DNA of 62,383 bases, the filler included, from Globobulimina sp. (taxonomy: Eukaryota), in NCBI GenBank assembly GCA_003354225.1. It is 23 parts of 23 records of this genome, joined end to end, with 100 filler letters (N's around TTAATTAATTAA, not from the genome) between each part and the next. Parts side by side here need not be neighbours in the genome. Positions count along the whole stretch, not along the records: positions 1 to 2,619 come from PIVH01005692.1; positions 2,720 to 5,338 come from PIVH01005693.1; positions 5,439 to 8,056 come from PIVH01005694.1; positions 8,157 to 10,774 come from PIVH01005695.1; positions 10,875 to 13,492 come from PIVH01005696.1; 18 more parts are not named here. One strand, 5' to 3'. Under the pieces are notes generated by a model. It saw only the letters and a program-made list of their open reading frames with translations. It made no database searches and had not been told where the DNA came from. Below are positions 1 through 11,468 of this stretch, one piece after another. The translations under genes were made by a program, and so were the position numbers. How positions within the stretch are numbered: position 1 is the stretch's first letter; the number at the start of each line of letters is the position of its first letter.

Positions 1-16
1 ACGGCGTGGTTGCTTT

Positions 17-532
17 TCAAGCCATAGTGGTTCGGAGCCATGGCCTTCTTTGTGAGACAAATCTGTTTGAAACTAAATTTTGGTTTGAATACATACCGCG
101 GTGTACGTTGGCATTGGGCGCATACTGTGGCTGTGCTTGCGGATGGATGGAATTGGAAATAGGTCGCAATTTTTTGCAAGCGCGAATGAACCGGTTTTTG
201 TCGATCATTTGTATTTTGCTTTTTGACTCTTTTTCAATGTCCTTGACTAAATCCTGCAATTCGTCATTTTCAAACTCGATCAATTCAGATAAACTAATTT
301 CCCTCAATAGCAAGTAATTGCCAATCTGTTGGTCATCCACTTTGTTTTGCAGCAACCACGCAAATAACTCGTCGTATTCTGTCGAGACTAAGGCATTGTC
401 ATCGTCGGCGGACACTTCCTCTGTGATTGAAGGCGATAAGGGCGTGGCATATAGTTTGTTGCTTAGTGGGCCTTGAGGCGTGGAGGAGGCGAGTTGTAGC
501 TTTACTTCGCTGCCATCCGGAGTTTTGAACAT
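17..532 (-). CDS. Hypothetical protein with SAM-like helical domain (may be partial or spliced)
   Basis: YDELFAWLLQNKV...ISLSELIEFENDELQDLV...DKNRFIRACKKL fits a SAM-domain pattern. Confidence 0.45.
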   Translation of the reverse strand: MFKTPDGSEVKLQLASSTPQGPLSNKLYATPLSPSITEEVSADDDNALVSTEYDELFAWLLQNKVDDQQIGNYLLLREISLSELIEFENDELQDLVKDIEKESKSKIQMIDKNRFIRACKKLRPISNSIHPQAQPQYAPNANVHRGMYSNQNLVSNRFVSQRRPWLRTTMA

Positions 533-608
533 AGTTAAAAAAAACTGCGACTTGAATTATATCTTATATCTGGCAAAAGAAGTATAGTATTAAAACATAC
601 AACACTTT

Positions 609-1286
609 TTACATACAACTGATACAAGACTGTCTTGTCACGTATTGGTATAATACTTGTGTGACATGTTTACAATTATGATTACATAAGTCGTAATAAC
701 TTGGTATTGATTTAATTTTGGTGAGCAAGTCATTCAAGGATATTTTTGCGATTAATATTGTATTATTTCCATGGCCATCGTTTTCAGATAATAATATTTC
801 ATGCTTTATAACTCGTGTATTATTTCCGTTGCTATTGTGTGTTACAGCTCTCCTTCCATAGTTTATGGCTTTTGCTTTATTTTCATGGCAATATTTTGTT
901 AATATATCTGCCGGCGTATCATTTAATATCACACATATGTAATGACCATTGCTTAGTGTAAATACAGTCCATTCATGTCTTAAATGTAATGTATTTCGAT
1001 GTGTAATGAATGTTGATATTGGAAATATAAATATTTTTATGAAATAATAAATTATCACTACTATCATGAAACATTTGTTACAATCACTAATTTCGCTAAA
1101 TAGATCACAAGAATACACAGATACTTCTTTGATAAATATATTATCTCTGTTTAATGTTTCAAATGACGTGAAAATATGTTCGCCATTCTTTCTTGTCAAG
1201 CAGCTGCCAATGCCGTGCAACAATTCGCCAACCAATAACGAGCAAACAATGTATATTCCCACGATCCAGTAAAACATGGAATCCAT
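609..1286 (-). CDS. Membrane-anchored permuted papain-fold (PPPDE/LRAT-like) peptidase or acyltransferase
   Basis: His strand (RHEWTVF) precedes C-terminal YDLCNHNCKHV, matching the YxLxxxNCxHF signature; hydrophobic N-terminal segments. Confidence 0.6.
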   Translation of the reverse strand: MDSMFYWIVGIYIVCSLLVGELLHGIGSCLTRKNGEHIFTSFETLNRDNIFIKEVSVYSCDLFSEISDCNKCFMIVVIIYYFIKIFIFPISTFITHRNTLHLRHEWTVFTLSNGHYICVILNDTPADILTKYCHENKAKAINYGRRAVTHNSNGNNTRVIKHEILLSENDGHGNNTILIAKISLNDLLTKIKSIPSYYDLCNHNCKHVTQVLYQYVTRQSCISCM

Positions 1287-1347
1287 TTATACTTATATAA
1301 TGTCTGAAAAACTTCTCAACAAATATCTTCAAAAAACTCCTTTTGTA

Positions 1348-2547
1348 ATGTGCCACATATCATTAAAAGTTCATTTAACCACACTTTGCTTTGTTTATGT
1401 TCGCATAGCATTAGCATACATTCAACCAATTATTAAATTGGCAACACTAACACCATCAAACCTTAATTCCAACGGAGTTTCTGTTATTCCGAATGTTGCA
1501 GAAACAAAAACAAATACAAACAACGAATGGGAAGCTACAATAAATACACAAAGCACATGGCAATTCGCAATCGATTTTGATGAAAGATGGTCATTTAATC
1601 CACACAATACATCAACACTTAAATTAACACTACATAGCAACTCCAGCACTAATGACATTTTATTCGGTGTTACGACAAATAATGATAAATTTTTCAGTAT
1701 ATGGCTTCCTATGAATAACAATGGACGCAAAAACAGAATACATCCAGCCTGTGACACATCCGTTATTCCCAAAACAACATTCGCATCTGGCGATATTTCC
1801 AATTTGCCAAATCAACAAAGAATATGTGATATAGCACCAGGTAATGGTGAACATGGTTGTTTATATTCAACTATGCGACCGAAAAACGCTCAAAATCCGA
1901 ATGTTTTTGCTTACAATGCATTTCCAATCAAGTTAACATTGGTAAACAATCCGAATCGCAATACATTTTTTATTACTTATCACAGTGCATTATTTACCAC
2001 CAATTTCAGTCAAAAATGTGGATTTGTGGCTATTACAAATACCACAGAGTTAAGCATATTTATTGGGGGCAATGAAATTGGTGATACATTTAGTATTTCT
2101 TCTTTTGATGTTGAATATTATACAATTTCGACACTTTCGCCACAAACAACATCAGATTCAATATCTTCAGAAGTGGCAGCCGATGCATTACAGATTAAGA
2201 GGGTGGATATCCCACACAATTCTAAGCAAGAGATGGAATATATGATTATAGGGATGAGTATCTTGGCAGTTTTTATTGTAATGATTGTGAGTGTGATTTT
2301 CTTTATGTATTGCTACGATGTATACAACACACAATATTATGACTGCTGTGACAATATCGGAGCTATGGAAGTTATTGGAGGTGCAATGAGTTGTGATGAT
2401 TCTTTCTCTGATCTTTCAGATGATGATGAATCCCAAGACAAACCTAATGAAAATGCAATTGTTGAGAGGATTCGCGATGTATTGGATTTTAATAACAATG
2501 AGGTACCAAATTTTATGGAAAATGGAAGAATGTTTGATGTATATTAG
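1348..2547 (+). CDS. Type I membrane protein of unknown function (beta-rich ectodomain, one TM, acidic tail)
   Basis: Long ORF; signal-like N-terminus from ATG 1348 (ORF track starts at 1276); TM MIIGMSILAVFIVMIVSVIFFMY. Confidence 0.6.
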   Translation: MCHISLKVHLTTLCFVYVRIALAYIQPIIKLATLTPSNLNSNGVSVIPNVAETKTNTNNEWEATINTQSTWQFAIDFDERWSFNPHNTSTLKLTLHSNSSTNDILFGVTTNNDKFFSIWLPMNNNGRKNRIHPACDTSVIPKTTFASGDISNLPNQQRICDIAPGNGEHGCLYSTMRPKNAQNPNVFAYNAFPIKLTLVNNPNRNTFFITYHSALFTTNFSQKCGFVAITNTTELSIFIGGNEIGDTFSISSFDVEYYTISTLSPQTTSDSISSEVAADALQIKRVDIPHNSKQEMEYMIIGMSILAVFIVMIVSVIFFMYCYDVYNTQYYDCCDNIGAMEVIGGAMSCDDSFSDLSDDDESQDKPNENAIVERIRDVLDFNNNEVPNFMENGRMFDVY

Positions 2548-2619
2548 TGTAGACGGAAATTATTTTGAGTTTTAATATGTGACTTTTTGTATTTTGCATT
2601 TTGTAGATAGATCGTGTCT

Positions 2620-2719
2620 NNNNNNNNNNNNNNNNNNNNNNNNNNNNNNNNNNNNNNNNNNNNTTAATTAATTAANNNNNNNNNNNNNNNNNNNNNNNNN
2701 NNNNNNNNNNNNNNNNNNN
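2620..2719. other. Artificial contig spacer (44 N + TTAATTAATTAA + 44 N), first of 22. The others start at 5339, 8057, 10775, 13493, 16211, 18929, 21647, 24365, 27082, 29799, 32516, 35233, 37949, 40665, 43381, 46097, 48813, 51528, 54242, 56956 and 59670
   Basis: Identical 100-bp block with six-frame stops; the contigs between them decrease in length from 2619 to 2614 bp. Confidence 0.99.
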
Positions 2720-3703
2720 TACTGGAACTTTGCCCGTTTTGCATTGGCAGACACTGGCTCCAGAATAAATAGGTTCCACAATCAAATATTCATGCAACGA
2801 ATCATTGAATTCTGCGCCAACGTTCATTCCAACCGATTGCACCTTTGGAAAATCATCTGCGGCGCCAACAGCTATAATGAAAAAACACTTGATTTTGAAT
2901 ACAAACACCATAATATTGATATATCCCATGCACGAAACACATTCTATAAGAATATACTGTCGCATGTTCATCGATACCTGGATTTTGTTTACCGAATCCA
3001 TAACAAAAAGATAACATTAAGACGCTGCGAGTGCCAATACAACATAATTCGTGATGATTGGTTCATCCATCACACTCGTAATGACACCCTCAATGAATGG
3101 ATCCAATACCAATACAAAATAAGACCCACGGACATAATCATAGCTACGGACGCATCCAGCCACGATAACCGCACCGGAATTGGAATAATGATAAAAGATA
3201 GAAATAAAATCCACTGCTTTGCCCAACCTATTGGAGCCCAGACAACCCATTATGGAGAACTACTGGCCATTGGCAAATCAAAATCCCTCATTGACCAATT
3301 GAAAATTGATATTGACAATCGACGGAAAATACTCTTTACAGATTCCATGAGCAATTTCATCTCACTCCTAATAACACCACGCAATAAAAAGAAGATGAAA
3401 TATAAGGAATTGTTCCGCAAAACCCAAAAATACATAATCGATGCACATATGATTCTGTGGAAAGTTAAATCCCACACCAGACCACGAGAGCAGGTTTTCA
3501 ATGCAATTGCCGATAGAATGGCCAATATCGGTCGGTTACACCCAAATAATAGCAACTTAATTATCCCATCCATCCATTCAAGAAACTATGCGAAGCTCAA
3601 AAGCTTTGCTTTGCCCCCTGGATCCACTTTTGGATTCATACAAACTCTCACAGGGATGTTCGAGCAATCTGTGAGTCTGGAATCAGACCTCAGGCCTGAT
3701 TGA
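2720..3703 (+). mobile_element. C-terminal RNase H1 domain of a retroelement ORF, probably non-LTR, 5'-truncated by the contig
   Basis: RNase H motifs IATDAS, GELLAI, LFTDSM, WKVKSH and NAIADRMA; A/C-rich sense strand as in the endonuclease contig at 17175. Confidence 0.8.
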
Positions 3704-3935
3704 ATTTTGCCCCACTACTACTCAAATCTTGCACTCTAATCAGCTCACAGTCTTCAGATTATGGTCATCTGTTTTGATTTATACATATTTGGGATGAGCC
3801 ATAACAAGATACGCAGTGATATATTAATTGGCAGCTGCAGACAAAACATAACGGCAAATCGCAAACAAACATTGGATTCATAATTCATAAAATAATTCAT
3901 AATTTGTTGACATTGCAAATTCATAATTTGTTGAC

Positions 3936-4247
3936 ACAGCAAAAAGGTTACAACAAACCTATTCTGCTCAACACATCGTGGCTGATCGAGATCTTATTGC
4001 AAAGTATTACGACACAACAATTGAATAATGTTATTTTTGATTTTTGCCACGTGTACATTGGCTTGCTATGGAGCGGATTTATCAATAACAGAAGATGCAT
4101 TTGGCAAAGTATTTGTTGCTCGCTGCATTGCCAGCAATCAACGTGCTGTTTGCGAGGAGTTGTTAACAGCAAAAAAGTTACAAGAAACCTATTCTGCTCA
4201 ACACATCGTGCTGATCGAGATCTTATTGCAAAGTATTACGACACAAC
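3936..4247 (+). repeat. Imperfect direct repeat of about 83 bp (3936-4018 and 4166-4247)
   Basis: acagcaaaaa.gttacaa.aaacctattctgctcaacacatcgtg(g)ctgatcgagatcttattgcaaagtattacgacacaac occurs twice. Confidence 0.9.
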
Positions 4248-4993
4248 TTAAATCGCACCAAATGCGTAAGCAAATCGCTGAAACCATCATCCATTATTTC
4301 TTTCGAGATAACGAGCATACAAACTATCCAACATTACACTTAATGTACAACATTCTATGCGATGATCTGAAAAACAGAGATGAGTTTGAATGCATTCATA
4401 ATCAATTAAAGCCGATATTTATTTATGCTATGAATGAAATGAACAACTCAAATGGCAATAAAATAGATAACAGGTATAAATTATTTGGCTTATGGTTATT
4501 GGATGAACTGTTATCTCATCATGCAAAGGATCACTATTTATGTTTCAATTTGTGGTCTGTGGGTGTACTCCATCTGGATTTTATTGAAGCATTTCTCGAA
4601 AGACGCATTAAAATAACACACGATTCGACTAAATTTGAGATTATTACCTTGATTTTAGCTGATGTATTGGAGAACGAATTTGCTGACAATGGCAAAATGC
4701 ATTTGTTGGAAGATTACCGGTCGGAACTATGCGATTTGAAAGTGGTTTTTCGTGCGGCGATGAGTTTAGGAAAGAAACAAAGGAACAAATTAATAAATAT
4801 ATTGGTGGCTTTATCTGGTAATCCCGATAAGAAGGTAATAGCGAACAATCCGTTGACACCAACATTGAAACTAAATAGGTCAAGCTCAAGATTGTTGAAA
4901 CATTTTGCAAATATAACCACAAACATAACAAATACTGTGACATGCACTGAATGTCACGTTAACAAAAAAATCACTTGTTGTAATGTGATGTAA
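4028..4993 (+). CDS. Hypothetical helical protein; 5' end possibly rearranged
   Basis: 321-aa ORF in AT-rich DNA, no family recognised. Confidence 0.5.
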   Translation: MLFLIFATCTLACYGADLSITEDAFGKVFVARCIASNQRAVCEELLTAKKLQETYSAQHIVLIEILLQSITTQLKSHQMRKQIAETIIHYFFRDNEHTNYPTLHLMYNILCDDLKNRDEFECIHNQLKPIFIYAMNEMNNSNGNKIDNRYKLFGLWLLDELLSHHAKDHYLCFNLWSVGVLHLDFIEAFLERRIKITHDSTKFEIITLILADVLENEFADNGKMHLLEDYRSELCDLKVVFRAAMSLGKKQRNKLINILVALSGNPDKKVIANNPLTPTLKLNRSSSRLLKHFANITTNITNTVTCTECHVNKKITCCNVM

Positions 4994-5467
4994 ATCCACT
5001 TGTCTTGTTTTAATAAATTAAAAAGTCCGCTGACTATATTTTGATGATCGGAGTCCGTACACTGTAATTATGAGTACATATAATATTAGTCATTACTCAT
5101 AATCCATCTGCGATAAAGCAACTTTATTACTGTCTAATTGAAATGACGAAGCACAATAATCAACACAATGCTCGAATGCTTTCATATCATAAACAGAAAT
5201 TCTTCATTGATTTAAACCAGTTGGCAATTGCCAGTGTGAGAACAAAAACCTTTGAGTTTCAAATCAATGCAAGCAAATGGTTAAAGAATAAATGTTTAAA
5301 GGAAATTACATGTAATTTTCATGTAATTTTCATCTAATNNNNNNNNNNNNNNNNNNNNNNNNNNNNNNNNNNNNNNNNNNNNTTAATTAATTAANNNNNN
5401 NNNNNNNNNNNNNNNNNNNNNNNNNNNNNNNNNNNNNNATACTAATACTGATACTATCCTCATTAAA

Positions 5468-7045
5468 ATGGATACTTCATTAAAATTAACATTAATATAT
5501 TTTTCAATTTATTTCTCATTTTTTTTGGTGATCTCAATTGTTTGCGCACTGGATACGAATATAGAATTTAAAAAAGAAAATTCAAAACGAAAAAAAGCCA
5601 AAGATGAAGCGACAAAAGCAGCGGTATGCAAAGAAGAAGAAGAAGAAGCACAAGAACAGCATTTACAAAATTTACAAAAAGTTATGGTAAAAACAAAAGA
5701 TATTGGATGCAAATGGTACATTAAAAAGTGGGCAATGTTAGTTTATGATAAAAAGAAAGTATATTTACAAATTTTGCCGCATTTATTTGACCAAGCTACC
5801 GACTTAGCGGTGGTTGTACAATATTATGAATATCAGCAAAGCAAAGCATATGACGCAGTCATCAACACATCGAAGTTATTTTACTTATCCATAATGATAT
5901 TAATTGTTTATAGAATTGTATCCTGTTTCGGAGTATATTTATTAACGTTTAACCTCTCAAATGTTGTTTTGCAATTTTTCGATTTATTAATGTTGCGCAG
6001 TGTATACATTAATTATAAATTCAATTCAACAGAACCAACCACAATACAGCGATATGTAAGCATTTTAGAAGCAACATTCGAGGCAATGCCACAGTTATTG
6101 CTATCCACTGTTTTCATAACGAAAACAAACTCGTTTGACCCACCCATCTTAATATCAATAATTTCATCGTTATGGTCATTGACATCGAGAGTTGCGTCCG
6201 ATGACAAAAGTATAATGAAACCAGAATGGAAATCCATCGATTTTGTTTATGATAAATGTCCGATATTAAATATAAAACATGTTTTGCGTGTTTTTACTCG
6301 TTTTTTAGAAATTGGCTCGAGATTGGCGTTATTGGCATTAATGTGGATTGGCGTTGGCGGTTTTGGAACTTCAGTTGTTTTGACATTTGAATTAACAGTA
6401 TTATGCATAATATGCTATGGCTATAAATCTTTTGGTTGTATTGGGAATTTAATGTATTTTGTCGAAGATGATGGCAAAATACATAAATTCAATTGGGCTG
6501 ATACCATGTTAATAGCATTTGCCATTTATAAGTTACTGTCACAATATTTATATTTAGTTGTGATTACAATATTCGTCAGAATTGAATTTGAAGCCGATAA
6601 AATGGATACGTTTGAAGTTAGGAATAAAATTACTATGATTTATCCATTTGGTTTTGCATTGTTTTTATTTTGTTGGATATCTTCAATAATCTTTCCAATT
6701 TTAGGCCACTTTGTGATAAAATATGGAACCATCGCTGGCAAATTTAACAGTTATAAATTATCTACGTCGAGACATAGTGACCATTTATATCGAATGCATC
6801 GTTATGTTGATATTTTCGAGATGATTGAAATCGGCAAACAAATTGAAACAAAGGACGTTGAATATTTAACAAAAATTGCAAATGGGGAATCTAAACGTAA
6901 TGAAGTTGTAATTGAGCAACATATTCGAGAGCACGCACAACAAATATTAGAGGAAATTCAATTACAATCGAAAGGGGATGACAATCAAAGAGAAAGTGAT
7001 AACATGAATAAATATGATAAGCAATTTGCGTGTTTCTGTTTTTAA
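5468..7045 (+). CDS. XK-related-like multi-pass membrane protein
   Basis: Many TM segments; FDQATDL and LEATFEAMPQL (ExxPQ), then ISIISSLWSL, as in the XK-related family. Confidence 0.65.
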   Translation: MDTSLKLTLIYFSIYFSFFLVISIVCALDTNIEFKKENSKRKKAKDEATKAAVCKEEEEEAQEQHLQNLQKVMVKTKDIGCKWYIKKWAMLVYDKKKVYLQILPHLFDQATDLAVVVQYYEYQQSKAYDAVINTSKLFYLSIMILIVYRIVSCFGVYLLTFNLSNVVLQFFDLLMLRSVYINYKFNSTEPTTIQRYVSILEATFEAMPQLLLSTVFITKTNSFDPPILISIISSLWSLTSRVASDDKSIMKPEWKSIDFVYDKCPILNIKHVLRVFTRFLEIGSRLALLALMWIGVGGFGTSVVLTFELTVLCIICYGYKSFGCIGNLMYFVEDDGKIHKFNWADTMLIAFAIYKLLSQYLYLVVITIFVRIEFEADKMDTFEVRNKITMIYPFGFALFLFCWISSIIFPILGHFVIKYGTIAGKFNSYKLSTSRHSDHLYRMHRYVDIFEMIEIGKQIETKDVEYLTKIANGESKRNEVVIEQHIREHAQQILEEIQLQSKGDDNQRESDNMNKYDKQFACFCF

Positions 7046-7599
7046 TATTGTGTTATTAAGTTATTTGTGTACATATCAGAAACATAAAAGCACTCCAAAC
7101 AACAATGGTAAACAATGAAACAACATAAAAGCACTCCAATGACTCCATAGATTGGTGAATAAGAAAATATCAACGCACTACGTACATGCATGTCCCACTG
7201 ATGCAGAGGGTCAAAATATACCAATTTATAATTTAGAGTTCATTTTTGTATTCATCACTGCCTTTTATGGATGACAAAAAATTATGTTTGAGATTTCATA
7301 TACAAAAAAGAAACGTTGTAAGGGGTAACATGTTTTTATAAAATCTGAAAATGTAATAACCATATACAAAAAAGAAACGTTTTTTATATAACAATGTACA
7401 TAATAAATACTTAAAAACAACACAAAACTAATAAAAAAAGCTCATGCAACAAAAGACCAAAATACCGCATGCATGAGAAATAACAAAAAAAGAGACACAA
7501 ACAGAGCAATCAGAATTATAATTATACAGCACAATATATTATATTTACAATCACATCAACTGTTAACTGTACTGTTTATTTATTTATTTAGTGGGCAAT

Positions 7600-8056
7600 T
7601 CACGATATAGGAGCGTCATCATTCGTAGATGCCTTAGTAGGTTCAATCATTCTTCCTTTCGGCTCCAATGTAATGTTACAACTCTTGCCGTAATCCGTTC
7701 TATGTTGAGAGAAGACCGGCTTCTGAAAAGGGTTGAATTTCTGTGGTAAAGATGGCTTTTCTATTTTTTCATATTCTGCCTCACAAAATGATCCTGGCAT
7801 ATATGCCATACACAAAGGTTGCTTCCGCAAAATACCAGCTTCTTGAAACAATGCGGCAACTAAACCAGAACAAATGAATCGATCTTTATAAGCTTTTTTG
7901 ATGCCCACTTCTTGTCGCATGATGTCAATAAAATTAATATCAAGAAGTTTTGTGTGATTATATTTATTTCCAATAACTGTTTCTGCAAATTTTTTAATTT
8001 TTTCTTCCATATCTTTTCTCTTCGTACCATCTGCATCATCGCCGATATTTAATTTA
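7600..8056 (-). CDS. C-terminal part of a permuted NlpC/P60 (YiiX/YebB-like) protein, 5'-partial
   Basis: GNKY...RFICSGLVAALFQEAGIL...YMPGSF resembles the FCSELVA..Y...G...P..F catalytic-Cys motif. Confidence 0.6.
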
Positions 8057-8156
8057 NNNNNNNNNNNNNNNNNNNNNNNNNNNNNNNNNNNNNNNNNNNN
8101 TTAATTAATTAANNNNNNNNNNNNNNNNNNNNNNNNNNNNNNNNNNNNNNNNNNNN

Positions 8157-8524
8157 TGGCAATACCGATTTTGACTTATGCTGACCCCAAATCACGTCAT
8201 AGATCTATGAAAGTGACTGTTCCCTACAATGAAATTACTCCTTCGTCGCGAGTTTTCACTGCAGGTGGAGTACCTAGACCCACTCGTAAAGGTGTTACTT
8301 GTGGTCTGAACGAAATAATGTGGGAACAGTGGTGTAGAATTCACCCTCCGCAACAAGACCGAGCCAATAGTCCAAAAGTGTTTAAAAGAGCATTAAACAG
8401 ACATGTATTATTGACTAGTTCAGAGCAGAGTCCTGAACAAACTCATGATCAAGGTATAGATCAAGTGGATATTATACTCAATCCACAGAGAGAACCTCAA
8501 GATCCTGAGGCTACCCGGATCTAG
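8157..8524 (+). mobile_element. Possible C-terminus of a LINE ORF2, partial
   Basis: WCRIHPPQQDRANSPKVFKRALNRH loosely matches the WxxLP...S...FKxxL tail of CR1/L2-type ORF2. Confidence 0.3.
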
Positions 8525-8740
8525 ACAATTATTCATAATAAACATTATTATATAAACGGTCAATAATGTTCGACACATTACTATAGAGACAGAACCTATA
8601 GTTGTATATATTATTTTTATTTTATTGTTGTTATATGTCAAAGAAAATTGAAAATAACTAAAAAACAATTGAAAACTATAAAAATATAAAAATTATAAAA
8701 ATTATACAAAATACAAAAAGTGGCTTTTGTAAGTAGTGTA

Positions 8741-8834
8741 TAGTAAATTCCGCGTTTTTATGATATTTTACGCGAGTACTGTAAATAGTAAAAATTCCGC
8801 GTTTCTATGATATTTTACGCGAGTACTGTAAATA
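8741..8834 (+). repeat. Tandem duplication, 2 x about 46 bp
   Basis: tagtaaa(aa)ttccgcgttt(t/c)tatgatattttacgcgagtactgtaaa occurs twice. Confidence 0.9.
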
Positions 8835-9043
8835 TTGTTAATTTTTGCATATACCTTGCATTTTTGTATTTATATATATATATATTGATAAAATGTATTA
8901 TGTAAAAAACGTTAAGTCTGAGCAATTTTGCCAGAATAACTAATATGCGATGTTACCGACTTATCAGTAACAAGAATTTTCCATAAGAAAATATGGAAAA
9001 AGTGAACAAGAATAATCTGTTCATAATATGTACATATATTGTA

Positions 9044-9185
9044 TAAACTTGTACGTTAGACAACGACAAGTAGTGTTTTGATATATGTTCTAAGAGCCCA
9101 AGCTCAGAAAAAGTGTTAAACTTGTACGTCAGAAATGCGACAAGTAGTGTTTTGATATTTTTGAAAAGAGCCCAAGCTCAGAAAA
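9044..9185 (+). repeat. Diverged tandem duplication, 2 x about 70 bp
   Basis: taaacttgtacgt.aga...cgacaagtagtgttttgatat...aagagcccaagctcagaaaa at 9044-9111 and 9117-9185. Confidence 0.85.
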
Positions 9186-10382
9186 CAACCAAAAATATTT
9201 CTAAAAAGTTTTTAGTTCGTTATTGTTTAGTTAATTGTTATAGTTGTAACATGTTAGAACGAAAGTTCTTATTGATCGACAAGTCTTATTTGCAAAGAAG
9301 TAAGCCGACCTGACTTGAATGTTATATTATAGACCGTCAGAGAATCGTTTTAAAATGAGCATCGCCATTAATCTATTAAAACGAATAAGACTAAGTTCAA
9401 TTAAAAATTGAACATTGATAGTGACTAAAATTCTCTAGAGATAATGTCGTCTTCAGGAGAAGTCTCCTCAAAAATCGGGGAAGACACCCTGGAAGACAGG
9501 CAGATAAAAAGTCTCTTGTTGAAAATTCGATTTAAAAATTTGAATTTCCCGCTTAACCTACAATAAGATTGACCGGATACCATTGTGATAACTCATAAAT
9601 GGTAGCGTCAATCACCGTAGTGCGCCAAAAATGCAAGATCGCGCAGAATAGAAATGGTGCAATAGCTATTTTCCTTCATTTCACACCGTCGCACCGTGTA
9701 TAACGAGTGTAGATTACGGTAGTTGAAAAGATTGCTTGGCTGAAGTGAACACTCAGCCACCCAAAGCTAGAATTGCGCGAAGAAAATTATTCTTTCGCCC
9801 TTCGCAACCGACAAATTGTCCTGTTGCCGCTTTCTTCCGTAATAAAAATAAATTTTTATTATTATTTGTTTTGAAAGTTGCTGTGTTGTTCGCAACTACC
9901 ATAACCCCAAACCCTATTATTACTTCCCGCATAGAAAATGCCAGGAAAGTCAACAAAAACAGGTAAAATAAGAGTTCTGTTTTACGATGTTATAAAATAA
10001 TAGTGAAAAATGTTTCCCTCGATTTCGCAATCGGGTAAGAAATTAAATTAGCTCCCCATAAAAATATTATAGCCCTTCAAAGAATACAGTCTAATGTGAC
10101 GTAAGTTAAAGAGGCTTATGGGTATGTAGCATAGCACTAATTTATGTGTTTTTATGTTAAAAATAATTTTTGTTGTGTCTTGGAGCAATTTTGCCCGATG
10201 ACAGCTAAAAACAACTGCTTGCGTTGTGCGTAATGACATATTATTTTTAATTTTTCCCTCGGTGTTTGACGTTTACCCACCTATTTTGTTAATCAGTTTG
10301 CTTGCGGTGTTGGTTGCTTGCACTTACTATTTAGTTAGTTGAGAAGCTTACGTAACGCCCGCTAATGCTATGATTACCAATT

Positions 10383-10774
10383 TTAGCGTCAGATCCTCCA
10401 GAAAAGTCCGCCAAGAAAAGGACGGCCAAGAACTCTACCACTCCTGTTGTCCCTCAAGCAGTGAGTCAAGCCGCTGCGGACACAAATGAACAAATGGACC
10501 AATCGGACCATCAACAGGTACCCATTACTATTAATGAGGCCTTGAATCTTAGCATTCAAGAGAAATTAACCTCAAAGGAAGGTGAAAGTATTGGTAAAAT
10601 AAACCCAGAACTAAGTGATAGCTCGAGTGGTTCCGATAATTATTCTCTATGCTTATCTTTCGTAGGTCGACCCATAGATAATGACGGTCCCTATAGTACT
10701 TATTCGATGGAATCTGCTGAATCAGAATTTAGACCAAGTGAATCTCATCTATTTTTGCGAACAGATTTATTAAA
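10383..10774 (+). CDS. Disordered N-terminal region of an unknown protein (possible retroelement ORF1), partial
   Basis: Open frame LASDPPEKSAKKRTAKNSTTP... runs to the contig end; TTTTAG possible acceptor at its start. Confidence 0.35.
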
Positions 10775-11039
10775 NNNNNNNNNNNNNNNNNNNNNNNNNN
10801 NNNNNNNNNNNNNNNNNNTTAATTAATTAANNNNNNNNNNNNNNNNNNNNNNNNNNNNNNNNNNNNNNNNNNNNGAGTTTTATTGTTTCTGAGAAACGAA
10901 GGCAAACCTATATTGTTTTTACCTTTATCAGTCACCAGAAACGGTTTGCGTATACCTTGCCCCAATAAAAATCTGACGCTGAAGACCTGATACTCTTAAT
11001 TAAACATAATATTTATATATAAATTTATCACAAAAACAG

Positions 11040-11338
11040 TTTATGCAATACGTTCAACAACCTATCGTCCCCCATTTATTGAGGAGACAATAATAATAGA
11101 TTGTGATTCTGGTCCTTCTCTCGGTCAAGGCGATATCTGTCTTATTGATTGTAATATGGCTTTTGCTCAAGGCGCAAACGATAAGATTATTTATTGCGGA
11201 TTCGCTGAAACATGCATTGTGAATTGCAATAACATGAACTGTCTGTTCAGCTTCACAGTTTATGGAAACTATAGGTTAATTAATTATGAATATCTCCAAC
11301 CTCAAACATATATGTTCACGTATCCGTTTTTGAGTTAA
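11040..11338 (+). CDS. Short Cys-rich exon or gene fragment
   Basis: Frame reads IIIDCDSG...DICLIDCN...IIYCGFAETCIVNCNNMNCL after an AAACAG acceptor. Confidence 0.35.
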
Positions 11339-11468
11339 ACGCACATTTTGATTTTGTAGAAACATACAACTACAGTTGTTCAACTTGACTAGGAATCTGA
11401 AAATTTATTAATAATAAATTACAATCTGAAATATAAATCAGTGTATCCTGTTTATAGTGGCTTACAGA

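Noticed and set aside
7297-7381. 21-bp direct repeat CATATACAAAAAAGAAACGTT as a target-site duplication
   Set aside because: Only about 43 bp of AT-rich DNA lies between the copies; most likely local slippage in a 3' UTR
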